64,000 nt of DNA from Spirochaetia bacterium (lineage in GTDB: Bacteria > Spirochaetota > Spirochaetia > UBA9216), in contig CAXXYH010000003.1 in the NCBI GenBank assembly GCA_963677925.2, positions 1,504,001 through 1,568,000 on the forward strand, in the 5' to 3' direction. Under the pieces are notes generated by a model, which did no database searches, was not told where the DNA came from, and saw only the letters and a program-made list of their open reading frames with translations. Numbering within the stretch: the stretch's first letter is position 1; every line of letters starts with the position of its first letter. Below, in pieces: positions 47,778 to 57,300 of this stretch. The position numbers and the translations under genes were made by a program.

Positions 47778-48999
47778 GTTCACCCTCCGCCGGACTGATG
47801 CTTTCAAAAATACTGTCTGTAGTCACCAGGCCCTTAAGTTTATTATCCTCATCAACAACAGGTATAGGGTATTTGTTCTCGGTGACTATTGAAAAAAGAT
47901 CTTCAAGAATGGTGTCTTCAGTTACTGAAGGAACCTGCTGTAGTGTTGCATAAAAAAGCTTCTCAACACCGGCATCTTTGTCACTGAGCTTCAGAAGTTT
48001 ATCTTCATGAGCTACGCCCATCAGCTTTTTACCCTTGTCTACGACAAAAGCAGCCTTTCTGTTATTGTCTCGAAGAATTTTGAGAGCAGTCTTCGGTCCT
48101 TCCCACCCATACAGAAGTACCTGCGGGTCGGTCATAATACTTCCTGCAGTAAGAACCTTGGCAGGTGATGCATCCTTGACGAATTCCCTGACATAGTCAT
48201 TAGCAGGGTGTGTAACGATATTCTCTGGAATATCCTCCTGAACCACCTCACCGTTACGCATTATTGCTATGCGGTCTCCAAGCTTCAAAGCCTCATGAAG
48301 GTCATGCGTAACAAAAACGATGGTCTTCTTAAGTTTGTCCTGAAGCTCAACCAGTTCATCCTGCATCTGCCTTCTGATAAGCGGATCAAGTCCGCTGAAA
48401 GGCTCATCCATCAAAAGAATTTCGGGATCATTTGCAAGCGCACGGGCAAGTCCTACTCTCTGCTGCATTCCGCCGCTGAGTGAGCCGGGATAATAATCTT
48501 CCCAGCCCTTGAGGCCTACGGTCTCAAGCGTCCGCATAGCCTTGGCATATCGCTCGCCCTTGGGGACTCCTCTGACCTTCAGTCCGTATGCTGCATTATC
48601 AAGCACGGTCAAATGAGGCAGAAGACCATAATGCTGGAAAACCATTCCGAAAGTCTTTCTTCTAAACTCAAGCAGATTTTCACTGCTCATCTTGGTAATA
48701 TCACTGCCATTAATTACGATTGAACCTGAAGTTGGATTAACAAGACGAATAAGATTTCTGATAAGTGTTGATTTGCCGCTTCCAGAGAGCCCCATAAGAA
48801 TATAAAACTCTCCCTTTCTAATATTCAGGTTGATATTCCGCATGCCAATAATGCATCCGGTTTTCTTCTGAACTTCCTCTTTACTAAGATCTCTGTATTT
48901 CTTTCCGAGAACCCTCTTGGGATCACGTCCGAAAACCTTCCAGATATCTTTTATAACAATCTGGGGCGCTTCATGCGCCCCGTCAATATTTTCAGACAT
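47770..48999 (-). CDS. proV: Glycine betaine/proline ABC transporter ATPase with CBS domains
   Basis: MGLSGSGKSTL, LSGGMQQRVGLARALA, MDEPFSGLDPLIR, C-terminal CBS-like region. Confidence 0.95.
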   Translation of the reverse strand: MSENIDGAHEAPQIVIKDIWKVFGRDPKRVLGKKYRDLSKEEVQKKTGCIIGMRNINLNIRKGEFYILMGLSGSGKSTLIRNLIRLVNPTSGSIVINGSDITKMSSENLLEFRRKTFGMVFQHYGLLPHLTVLDNAAYGLKVRGVPKGERYAKAMRTLETVGLKGWEDYYPGSLSGGMQQRVGLARALANDPEILLMDEPFSGLDPLIRRQMQDELVELQDKLKKTIVFVTHDLHEALKLGDRIAIMRNGEVVQEDIPENIVTHPANDYVREFVKDASPAKVLTAGSIMTDPQVLLYGWEGPKTALKILRDNNRKAAFVVDKGKKLMGVAHEDKLLKLSDKDAGVEKLFYATLQQVPSVTEDTILEDLFSIVTENKYPIPVVDEDNKLKGLVTTDSIFESISPAEGEHD

Positions 49000-49002
49000 C
49001 GA

Positions 49003-49953
49003 TTATTCTCCGAGAGCAGCCTTCACCTTGTCTGCTACATCAGCTGAAACCCACTTGGTCCAAACATCTTCCTTGTTTTTAAGGAACCATTCTGCAGCCT
49101 GAGTTGAATCCCAGTCATTTTCATCCATTTTTGCAAGGAACTCATTGTTGTCAGCTACGGTAGTTGAATACTTTTTCAGCATTTCAACAACATCCGGAGC
49201 TTTTTCAGTCATACTTTTGTTCACGAGAATGTTGACATCGGCAGCTTCATATTCAGACCCGGGAAGTCTAACCATATCAAACTTGCCGAGAAGCGCAGTT
49301 GGAGCCCAGTAGTAACCGCAAACTGCTTCACCTTTCTGGTAGGCTCCTGCGATAACACCGATAAGAGCGGCATTTGAACCTGCTACACCAAGATTGAAAG
49401 TGTCTTCAAGATTATTGTCATTGAAGATTTTCTCTGAAATTTCCATCTGTGACCAGCCGGCAACACCTCCGTACACAATGCCTTTCTTTGGATCTTCAGG
49501 ATCCTTGAAAAGATCAGCATATTTCGGCAGATCAGCTACAGACTTAAGTCCAGGTGCAAGAGCGTCGGAACCTTCAACCACGTATCTGGGAACCCACCAG
49601 CCCTGAGGACCGTCAGGCATATTCTTTCCGAGGTCGATTATATCACCAGCTTCAATATACTTGTCGTATGCTTCCTTCCAGTTTGAGTGCCAGGATTCCA
49701 TGTCAACATCAACATCACCCTGAGCCAGACCGTTTGCAATAGGCAGAGTGTCGCCGGGAATAAACTCGGCCTTGTATCCTTCCATACCGTTTTCAATAAT
49801 GAAGGCTACAATCCGGTTATGAACCTGAACACTATCCCAGGATACATCACCGAATACGATTGTTGTTGCATCAGCATCCTGCTGCCCCCCTGCTGTTACG
49901 GCCATTGGAAGGGCAACGCAAAGCATGATTAGTAAAAACACTAATTTTCTCAT
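49003..49953 (-). CDS. proX: Glycine betaine ABC transporter substrate-binding protein
   Basis: SWDS..VHN, DVDMESW, GWWVPRY, YYWAPT aromatic-cage motifs. Confidence 0.9.
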   Translation of the reverse strand: MRKLVFLLIMLCVALPMAVTAGGQQDADATTIVFGDVSWDSVQVHNRIVAFIIENGMEGYKAEFIPGDTLPIANGLAQGDVDVDMESWHSNWKEAYDKYIEAGDIIDLGKNMPDGPQGWWVPRYVVEGSDALAPGLKSVADLPKYADLFKDPEDPKKGIVYGGVAGWSQMEISEKIFNDNNLEDTFNLGVAGSNAALIGVIAGAYQKGEAVCGYYWAPTALLGKFDMVRLPGSEYEAADVNILVNKSMTEKAPDVVEMLKKYSTTVADNNEFLAKMDENDWDSTQAAEWFLKNKEDVWTKWVSADVADKVKAALGE

Positions 49954-50230
49954 AAATACTCCTTTATTTTTTTATTAGTATTCTAATTATTTACAAATGT
50001 ATAAAACCGGTATTTTACCCGATGTTAACAGCTATAAATATTTAATTTTTTTCAGTGTAGTTATTTAATATAGTTAATAAGTAAAGCAATGATGTAACAA
50101 TACTATACAATTTATAACTTTTACTTTCAACACTAAATAATAGTTTTATTACTATTTCAGCCTTCACTTGAAGAAATGCAGATTGAGCATTAAAATTAAA
50201 TAAGAAGCTTTTAAATAGAAGAGGAGCACC

Positions 50231-51133
50231 ATGAAGATACTTAATTTTGGTTCACTGAACCTTGATCAGGTTTTCTCAGTTGATCACATCGTTAAACCCG
50301 GCGAAACAACAGCAAGTACTGAATATAAACAGTTTACAGGCGGCAAAGGTCTGAACCAGTCAATTGCCCTTGCAAAAGCCGGAACAGAAGACCTCTGGCA
50401 CGCCGGAGCCACGGGGAAAGACGGAATGGAGCTTGTTCACAGCCTCAATGAAATGCATATCTCCACCGAATATATAAAAATATCAGAGACACCTGCCGGC
50501 AGGGCTATTATTCAGGTAGACAAGACAGGTCAGAACTCTATAGTACTGCTTGGAGGAGCAAACAGAAGTATTGAGCCTTCGTTTGTTGATTCCGTCCTGG
50601 CTAATTTCTCCCAGGGCGATGTAATTGTACTGCAGAATGAAATAAGCAGTCTCGATTATATAATTGAAAAGGCAGCCAATCTGGGAATGAGAATAGTCCT
50701 GAACCCTTCACCGATTGATGACAACCTTAAAAAATGCCGTTTTGATCTTGTTTCGCTATTTCTTATCAATGAAACCGAGGGGTATGAACTTACCGGCGAA
50801 AAAGAGTCCGGAAAAATACTGGAAAAAATGAGCAGCAGGTATCCGGATTCTGCAACTGTTCTGACACTCGGAGGCGACGGAGTGTGCTTTAAAAAGGGCG
50901 ATGAAGAAATAAGACTTAATGCCTTTGATGTTAAAGCTGTTGATACAACAGCCGCCGGGGACACTTTCACAGGATTCTTTGTGGCCGGGTACTTCAGGGG
51001 AACCCCCGTAAAGGAAGTTCTTGAAACTGCATCTTTGGCAGCAGCTATTTCCGTTTCCAGAAACGGGGCCTGCGGTTCTATTCCTTCCGTTGCTGAGGTC
51101 GAAAGCATGAAGGGTAAAATTAAAACCAGGTAA
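50231..51133 (+). CDS. rbsK: Ribokinase (PfkB family)
   Basis: GSLNLD, GGKGLNQSIALA, GQNSIVL..GAN, LQNE, NPSP, DTTAAGDTF. Confidence 0.88.
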   Translation: MKILNFGSLNLDQVFSVDHIVKPGETTASTEYKQFTGGKGLNQSIALAKAGTEDLWHAGATGKDGMELVHSLNEMHISTEYIKISETPAGRAIIQVDKTGQNSIVLLGGANRSIEPSFVDSVLANFSQGDVIVLQNEISSLDYIIEKAANLGMRIVLNPSPIDDNLKKCRFDLVSLFLINETEGYELTGEKESGKILEKMSSRYPDSATVLTLGGDGVCFKKGDEEIRLNAFDVKAVDTTAAGDTFTGFFVAGYFRGTPVKEVLETASLAAAISVSRNGACGSIPSVAEVESMKGKIKTR

Positions 51134-51151
51134 TTGAATCAACCTGATAAT

Positions 51152-51189
51152 AGAAAAGGCCTGAAGATTTTAACCCTCAGGCCTTTTTT
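51152..51189. terminator. Bidirectional terminator between rbsK and the aminopeptidase
   Basis: AAAAGGCCTGA...TCAGGCCTTTTTT. Confidence 0.85.
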
Positions 51190-51209
51190 CAGCATCATTT
51201 GAAAAGCTG

Positions 51210-52439
51210 TTATATCAAAAACTTTCCGTCTTTTATAAGCCCGGTTCTTTTTCCGTCTCTGCCTACCGCAGTTACATCAACATCAGAACCGCCGATCATC
51301 ATATCTTCGTGAACCCCGGCTACATTCATTCCCATATCGAGCAGTTCATCCTTTGAGAAATTGCCTGGATTTTTCAAAGCCTTGGGAAATCCGGCGCCAA
51401 GTGCTATATGGCAGGCAGCATTCTCGTCATAAAGTCCATTATAAAAAACTATTCCCGGTTCAGCAAAGGGTGAGCATGGATCAACAAGAGCCAGTTCGCC
51501 AAGATACTTTGCACGTTCATCACGTTTAAAAAGATTTTCAAGAGATTCCTTACCCTTATCTGCTCCGAAATCAACAACCTGCCCGTCCTTAAACTCGAAC
51601 CAGGCGTTGACAGGTATATCACCCAGGTTCTGATGCATCACAAGCGGCCTGGTTAATGCGACCCTGCCGTCTACCCTTCTGCAATCAGGAACTGTGAAAA
51701 TTTCATCTGTCGGAATATTCGCAAGCCAGGATTCACCGGTACTAGATTTACCGATTCCGCCCAGCCATTTAACATCAGGATTAATACCAATCCTAAGTTC
51801 AGTACCAGGCCCTTTAAATTCTATATAGTCAGGAGAAAGCTGTTCAAGGTATTCTATTCGCTTAAGATCAACAGCGGCCTTATTTTTCCACCATTGAACA
51901 GGATCATCTTCATCAAGTCGCATGATCTTGATTATATGCTTCCAGTATTCAGCAACAGCGTCTTCCGGAGAAAGATCTGGAAAAGCCTTTATTGAGATGT
52001 CAACTGAGGGCATAAAGGTCAGAACCCATGGAAATGCACCCGCGAGACTCATCTCACGTTTGTAGGCAATAGCATCCTGACGGTCTCTGAAATATTCTGC
52101 CGAGACATCTCCGGAAAGGCCTGCATACGCATCGGTTTCACAATAACTTAGATAATGCACCGATTTCCACCCGGGGCCACAGGTTTCACGCATCCTTTTA
52201 TCGAAATATTCAGGATAATCCAGCTTCCTGTTCCCTGTTCGAATAGCTGCAGCATGTACAAAGTCATCAATATAAACAAGATCTACAAAGGAGGCTCCGG
52301 CTTCATAGGCTCTTTGAACAAGAACCTTGGCAGCGTCCCGGCAGTCATGGTTCAGCTGAAGAAAAAGCTTGTCGCCTTTTTTAAAGCTCACTCCGAAGAG
52401 CATTAAATCTGCTATCTTTTTGTAATATTCAGTATTCAT
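51210..52439 (-). CDS. Aminopeptidase, M29 family (AmpS/PepS-like)
   Basis: ANIPTDEIFTVP, LGELALV, LYDENAACHIALG, VHEDMMIG. Confidence 0.92.
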   Translation of the reverse strand: MNTEYYKKIADLMLFGVSFKKGDKLFLQLNHDCRDAAKVLVQRAYEAGASFVDLVYIDDFVHAAAIRTGNRKLDYPEYFDKRMRETCGPGWKSVHYLSYCETDAYAGLSGDVSAEYFRDRQDAIAYKREMSLAGAFPWVLTFMPSVDISIKAFPDLSPEDAVAEYWKHIIKIMRLDEDDPVQWWKNKAAVDLKRIEYLEQLSPDYIEFKGPGTELRIGINPDVKWLGGIGKSSTGESWLANIPTDEIFTVPDCRRVDGRVALTRPLVMHQNLGDIPVNAWFEFKDGQVVDFGADKGKESLENLFKRDERAKYLGELALVDPCSPFAEPGIVFYNGLYDENAACHIALGAGFPKALKNPGNFSKDELLDMGMNVAGVHEDMMIGGSDVDVTAVGRDGKRTGLIKDGKFLI

Positions 52440-52441
52440 TT

Positions 52442-52879
52442 TTATTTCACTTCCGCCGTTATACCTATCACTTCTTCAAGGATTTCGACAGCATCTTTTA
52501 TATATTTTGGACAGGTCTTTTTAATAACCTCTTTTTCCATTACTTCCATGGCATCCCTTCTGACAGAGAGATCATAACCAATCAGATCAGTACATTTAAG
52601 TGATGAATTTCTTTCAAGAAATTTATCCTTGAAGCGCTGCCACATTTCTTCTGCAGTGTCTTCATGGCCTACATTCTCCTTGTAATGAAAAATGACACAT
52701 CCGGCGCCGCTTACTGCCCCGCATTTTGAATGAGGAAGCCCCGGGAATTCACCGCATGAATGAATATACCTGTCTTCTTTAGGGCTGAGAATCTCATCCT
52801 TCTCAAAGGCACTGAAAACAGCCTTATCACAGTCGATACCTTTATTAAATGTTTCAATTGCTAATTCAGTTCTGTCCAT
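52442..52879 (-). CDS. C-GCAxxG-C-C family putative redox-active protein
   Basis: F..GIDC..AV, CGAVSG, SLKC.DL.GYDL, TCPKYI..AVEIL. Confidence 0.8.
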   Translation of the reverse strand: MDRTELAIETFNKGIDCDKAVFSAFEKDEILSPKEDRYIHSCGEFPGLPHSKCGAVSGAGCVIFHYKENVGHEDTAEEMWQRFKDKFLERNSSLKCTDLIGYDLSVRRDAMEVMEKEVIKKTCPKYIKDAVEILEEVIGITAEVK

Positions 52880-52957
52880 GGCTTCTCCAAATAGATGTAA
52901 ATTTAACGAAATTATAACCCGGCTCTTATCATTTGTGAAGAAAAACTATTGCAGTAA

Positions 52958-54340
52958 TCAAAGCATAAATTCTATTGTAAAAACAGCGCCGCCGTCATTA
53001 CGGTATTCAAGGTTGCCGCCCAGCTGTTCTGCAAGCATCCTGATAAGCATTAGTCCGAATCCGGTAGAATCCCCGGATTCTCCATCCGGAAGGCCCCGGC
53101 CGTTATCCCTTACGACAAGGCATGCAGTTTCATCTTTACTGCGGCTTACTGAAATTTCTATTATTTTCTCCCCTGACATATTCTTAAAGGCATATTTCAT
53201 GCAGTTTGTAACAAGTTCATTTATTATGATTCCAAGATGAAAAAGTTTACCGGGAGAAAGCTGAAAATCATCTATATGAGTCCGGATATCAACATCCCGG
53301 CTCTGATAAAAGACTTCAGTAATATCACCAATAAGATTGCTAAGATACACCGCAGACGAGGTCTCACGGAATTCTTCCGACTCAAAGAGACTTTCGTATA
53401 AAACCCGCAGGCTGCCTACTCTGCCTGCGGCATCCATAAGGGCAGTTTTCTCACCTTCATTAGCAGCTTCATCGCCCTGAAGCCTTAAAAGGCTTTCCAC
53501 CCAGGCCATATTATTTTTAATGCGGTGATGAACCTCACGAAGAATGAGGTCCTTTTCTTTTAACAGCGTCTCAATTTTGACCTCAGCCGCCTTACGGTCG
53601 GTTATATCTTCGATCTTTGCCATAATTCCGGTTATATTTCCATCGATTCTGATAGGGTTCAGACTGTATTCAAGGTAATGCTCACTTCCCCATTTACTTT
53701 GGTAGAGCATTGAATTTGACACAGGATCTTTAGTCTCTATCGTACGCCTGAGATCGCCGGAAAAGCCAGAGCTGACAAGCAGGGGAAAAGTAAGCAGATT
53801 AATTTTTTTAGTTTCTTCAATTGAAGGAGATCCGAGAAGTTCAAGCATTTTTTTATTGATTTCAATAATCTTTCCGTCAAGATTCGAGTAGACTATACCG
53901 GAAACAGAATGATCAAAAAGACTTCTGTACATCTGCTCGCTTTCTGCGAGCGCCTTCTCGGTTCTCCTGCTCTCGGTAATATCCTGAAGAACACCTACAA
54001 CCCTGTTTTGTTCCGGATCGAAATCGGCTACCGAGTGGATTACGGCAATACGGCCGTCATTCGGTCTCTTAATACTGAACTCAATATCATAGGTATCCGA
54101 GGCTCCGCTGACCAGATTTCTCATTTCGTCCTGAAGACTCTTCCTGTCTTCGGGAACAGAGATACTGCGAATCATTTCAAGTGAGAAATCCTCACCGGAA
54201 ATTCCGTATATATTCTGAGCTTCCTTTGATGCTGTAAATCTGGCGGAGGCCACATGGTAGACCCATGAGCCAACCCTGGCAAGCCGTTGTACCTTCTCAA
54301 AATAATCCGATGATCTCTCAAAGCGGTGATCATTATCCAT
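52958..54340 (-). CDS. Cytoplasmic PAS-PAS histidine kinase (HisKA_2 type), orphan
   Basis: ARVGSW, PAS/PAC (GVLQDITE, EDITDRK), EVHHRIKNN, INELVTNCMKYAF, DNGRG, GFGL. ATG 54340 preferred as start. Confidence 0.92.
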   Translation of the reverse strand: MDNDHRFERSSDYFEKVQRLARVGSWVYHVASARFTASKEAQNIYGISGEDFSLEMIRSISVPEDRKSLQDEMRNLVSGASDTYDIEFSIKRPNDGRIAVIHSVADFDPEQNRVVGVLQDITESRRTEKALAESEQMYRSLFDHSVSGIVYSNLDGKIIEINKKMLELLGSPSIEETKKINLLTFPLLVSSGFSGDLRRTIETKDPVSNSMLYQSKWGSEHYLEYSLNPIRIDGNITGIMAKIEDITDRKAAEVKIETLLKEKDLILREVHHRIKNNMAWVESLLRLQGDEAANEGEKTALMDAAGRVGSLRVLYESLFESEEFRETSSAVYLSNLIGDITEVFYQSRDVDIRTHIDDFQLSPGKLFHLGIIINELVTNCMKYAFKNMSGEKIIEISVSRSKDETACLVVRDNGRGLPDGESGDSTGFGLMLIRMLAEQLGGNLEYRNDGGAVFTIEFML

Positions 54341-54396
54341 CAGGGTTCCCTGTATCAATTATAATCCACATGGAATCTAAAAACAATAAGAGCCTC

Positions 54397-57300
54397 TTAA
54401 TAGTAATAATTCAGATACCGGACGATATTATACAGGAAGGGTATTCCATAATAATATCCGGGAACCTTATCATAAGCCCAATAGACAAATCTGTTCTGCC
54501 TTACAACTGTGTAATAATTCGAATAATCCGGATCATCAGCATAGAAATACGTTCCGTTTGTGCCTGACGAGTTGGAATTATACAAAGACCAGCGATGTGC
54601 AATACTGTAGGGATATCCTGTAGTTGAAGTAAACATAAGAGCGTCATAATCCTCAGTGTAAAGATAGCTGTCATACAGAGGTTTATAATACATATACCGG
54701 TGCCATATATAATCATATGCGGAAGAATAAGGCTTTATGTTGGCATACTGGGTATCACCCTTGGAGTACGCGTAGTCAAGATCAGTAGGAGCGACCCCGG
54801 AACCTATTGAGTTAAGGCCCAGACTTGTCCAGTTGTTTACAAGAGTCTGAAAGAAACGCCAGCCGTAGTAGTGCATTCCCATTACTCCGTGACCGCTGTA
54901 GGCAACATTTTTTGCCCTTGTTGTACTTGCATAGAGATTGGCAGCTGACGGAGTTATTATTATCGGGTCGCCGTAGATTACAGTTTCATCTACACCGTCA
55001 TCCTTAAAGGTAGCTGGAACCTCATCTTCGGGAATCATTGTCACAGTAAACTCAGTCCATGTGTACGAACCGTTCATAAAGACGTAGCTCGGGTTTGCTG
55101 ACACCCAGTCGGTTGTTATCCTGCTCTTAAGCAGGCTTGCAAGATCTGTATCATCAGGATCATCATCGTCGTATATAATAGTCATATCCGAGCTGTACCC
55201 CAGTGAGTAACTGCTGTAATTTGTGTAGCCTATTTCAGGGTTGTAAACACGGATAAACAGATAATACGGAACTCCCTCGGTATAATAGTCGCTGTAGCTG
55301 GCAGTACTTACTGTACTCCCCTTTGTATATTTTGTTCCGGTCGGACTTGTTGCATAGTAAACATAATATGTATTGCTGCTTGATGTATCATTTCCATACT
55401 CTTCATAGTGAGTTCTGATATAACCGTTTTTAGTGTAGCCCTTGTAGGAATTATTCATCACCGGTGTTCCGTAGAAGATTGCATCACTTACCTCGGTATA
55501 GTGTGCAGCCTCCTGGGTGACGGAATTTCTTGAGTAAACCCCGGCATAATCAGAGAACTGAACAATAACCTTCTTTGAACCGTAACCGCTGTATCCGCTG
55601 GCAGTACTCAGGCTCCAGGACATGCTGGAGGAGGCTGAATACCATCCTGACCAGGAGGAACCGCCGTCATTGCTGATACGCATATAGTTTGCGCCTGAGT
55701 ATGAACTGTTCAGCGTAGCCGAGGTACTGGATGCCACTGTGCTTCCGCTGTTTATACTGAATGAAGAAACCGTCGGCTCGGCGGTATCAAGGACTATGGA
55801 ATCATAGCGGCTGATAGACACATTGCCTGCGTAATCAATAAGTTCGCAGTAGACATACTTTGTACCGTCTGTAAGCGTTACATTACCGTTCGTAAAATTC
55901 CAGCTGCTCAGTGTTGAATTGTAGACATAGGTAAGGGTGCTTCCTCCGGAGTTCCAGAACCGCATGTATCTGATATCATTTCCGGTGTAGGTTTGAGAAT
56001 TGGAACCGCTGCCTGTAATGGCTATATCAACATACTGACTTACTGTATACGAAGTACTGTTGACGGCATTTGTGGACCTATTGCTCAATAAAATTGAACT
56101 TAGGGTCGGAGCAGTCGTATCTATTTCAAGAGCCCATGTCGCAGAGTTAGACCAGTTTCCTGCAGTATCGCTTTCCTGAACATAAAAGGTATACACACCT
56201 TCGGAGTTGGATGTGTTTATTGCTATTGATGTAGTATAGGTCCAGCTTGATTCATCAAAGCTCCACCGGTAGCTGCCGTTTCCGCCTCCGCCGGATGACC
56301 AGCGAAAATACGGGGTTGTATCATTTGAAAGGTGGTAGCCGTTGCTTGTTACGCTGTATCCGGTGCTGTAGGTGTACATTACAGGTGCGCCCGGAGCTGT
56401 TGCATCTATCTGAACCGTACTTGAGGCCACCTTGCCAACCCATGAGGTGTCGCTGATGTTGTATTCTTCAACTTCGATCGTATACACATCATCATCCAGA
56501 GGGCTTCCTCCATCATAGGTTGAAAAGTCGATCATCAGAGTCGTTACATCATCAGCCAGTGTTGTCCAGCCGGTCACTTCCGCGCTGGAACTGTCAAGAA
56601 GCCTGTACCGGTAACGTTCCGTTGCAGGATTTCCAAGTCCGGTTGACCAGTTCCATGTAACCTGCCTGGCGGTACCGTAGCTGTTTCGCAGATACTCTCC
56701 CTCCCGGTTGAGTGCGGGTTCAGAGGTAAAGTCGGTGTCTATCCAGATTGCCCGGCTGCCCGATGCCGACCAGTTTCCTGCGGCATCTCTTTCCTGTACA
56801 TACATTGTATATTCATATTCGTCGCTCAGAGCTGACGATGGATAGCCGGGATAATTCGTACCGGAGGGCTCAAAGCTGAGCGATGTTGTTTCCGTCCAGT
56901 CCACAATTACTGACGAGCTGCCGTAATATGCACCGCCGTCGCTTTCCCAGTACCTGCCGACTCTCTCAAGGCGGTATCGGAATGTACCGTTTCCATTGCC
57001 GGTTCCGTACCATGACCATGTGGGAGCAACATTAGGAGTATGCGAGATCCCTGATATTACTGGGGAGGAAGGAGGAGTTGTATCCCATTCAAAGCTGACA
57101 TATCCATCAGCGCTGTTGCCTGCCATATCGGTTACAGTCAGTTTCATTTCATACTGTCCGTCTTCGGATCCATCATCAGCAGCGGATACTGTCGGTATCA
57201 GCTGATCTGCGTTTGTTATTTCAAGTTTATCCGGAGAATCGGGGTCATCCTTATTCTCAACCCATAGGTAGGAAGCTATTCCGCTTCCTGCGGAACCCGG

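Noticed and set aside
52442-52879. Selenocysteine recoding in the C-GCAxxG-C-C protein
   Set aside because: All motif positions are Cys codons in an uninterrupted ORF.
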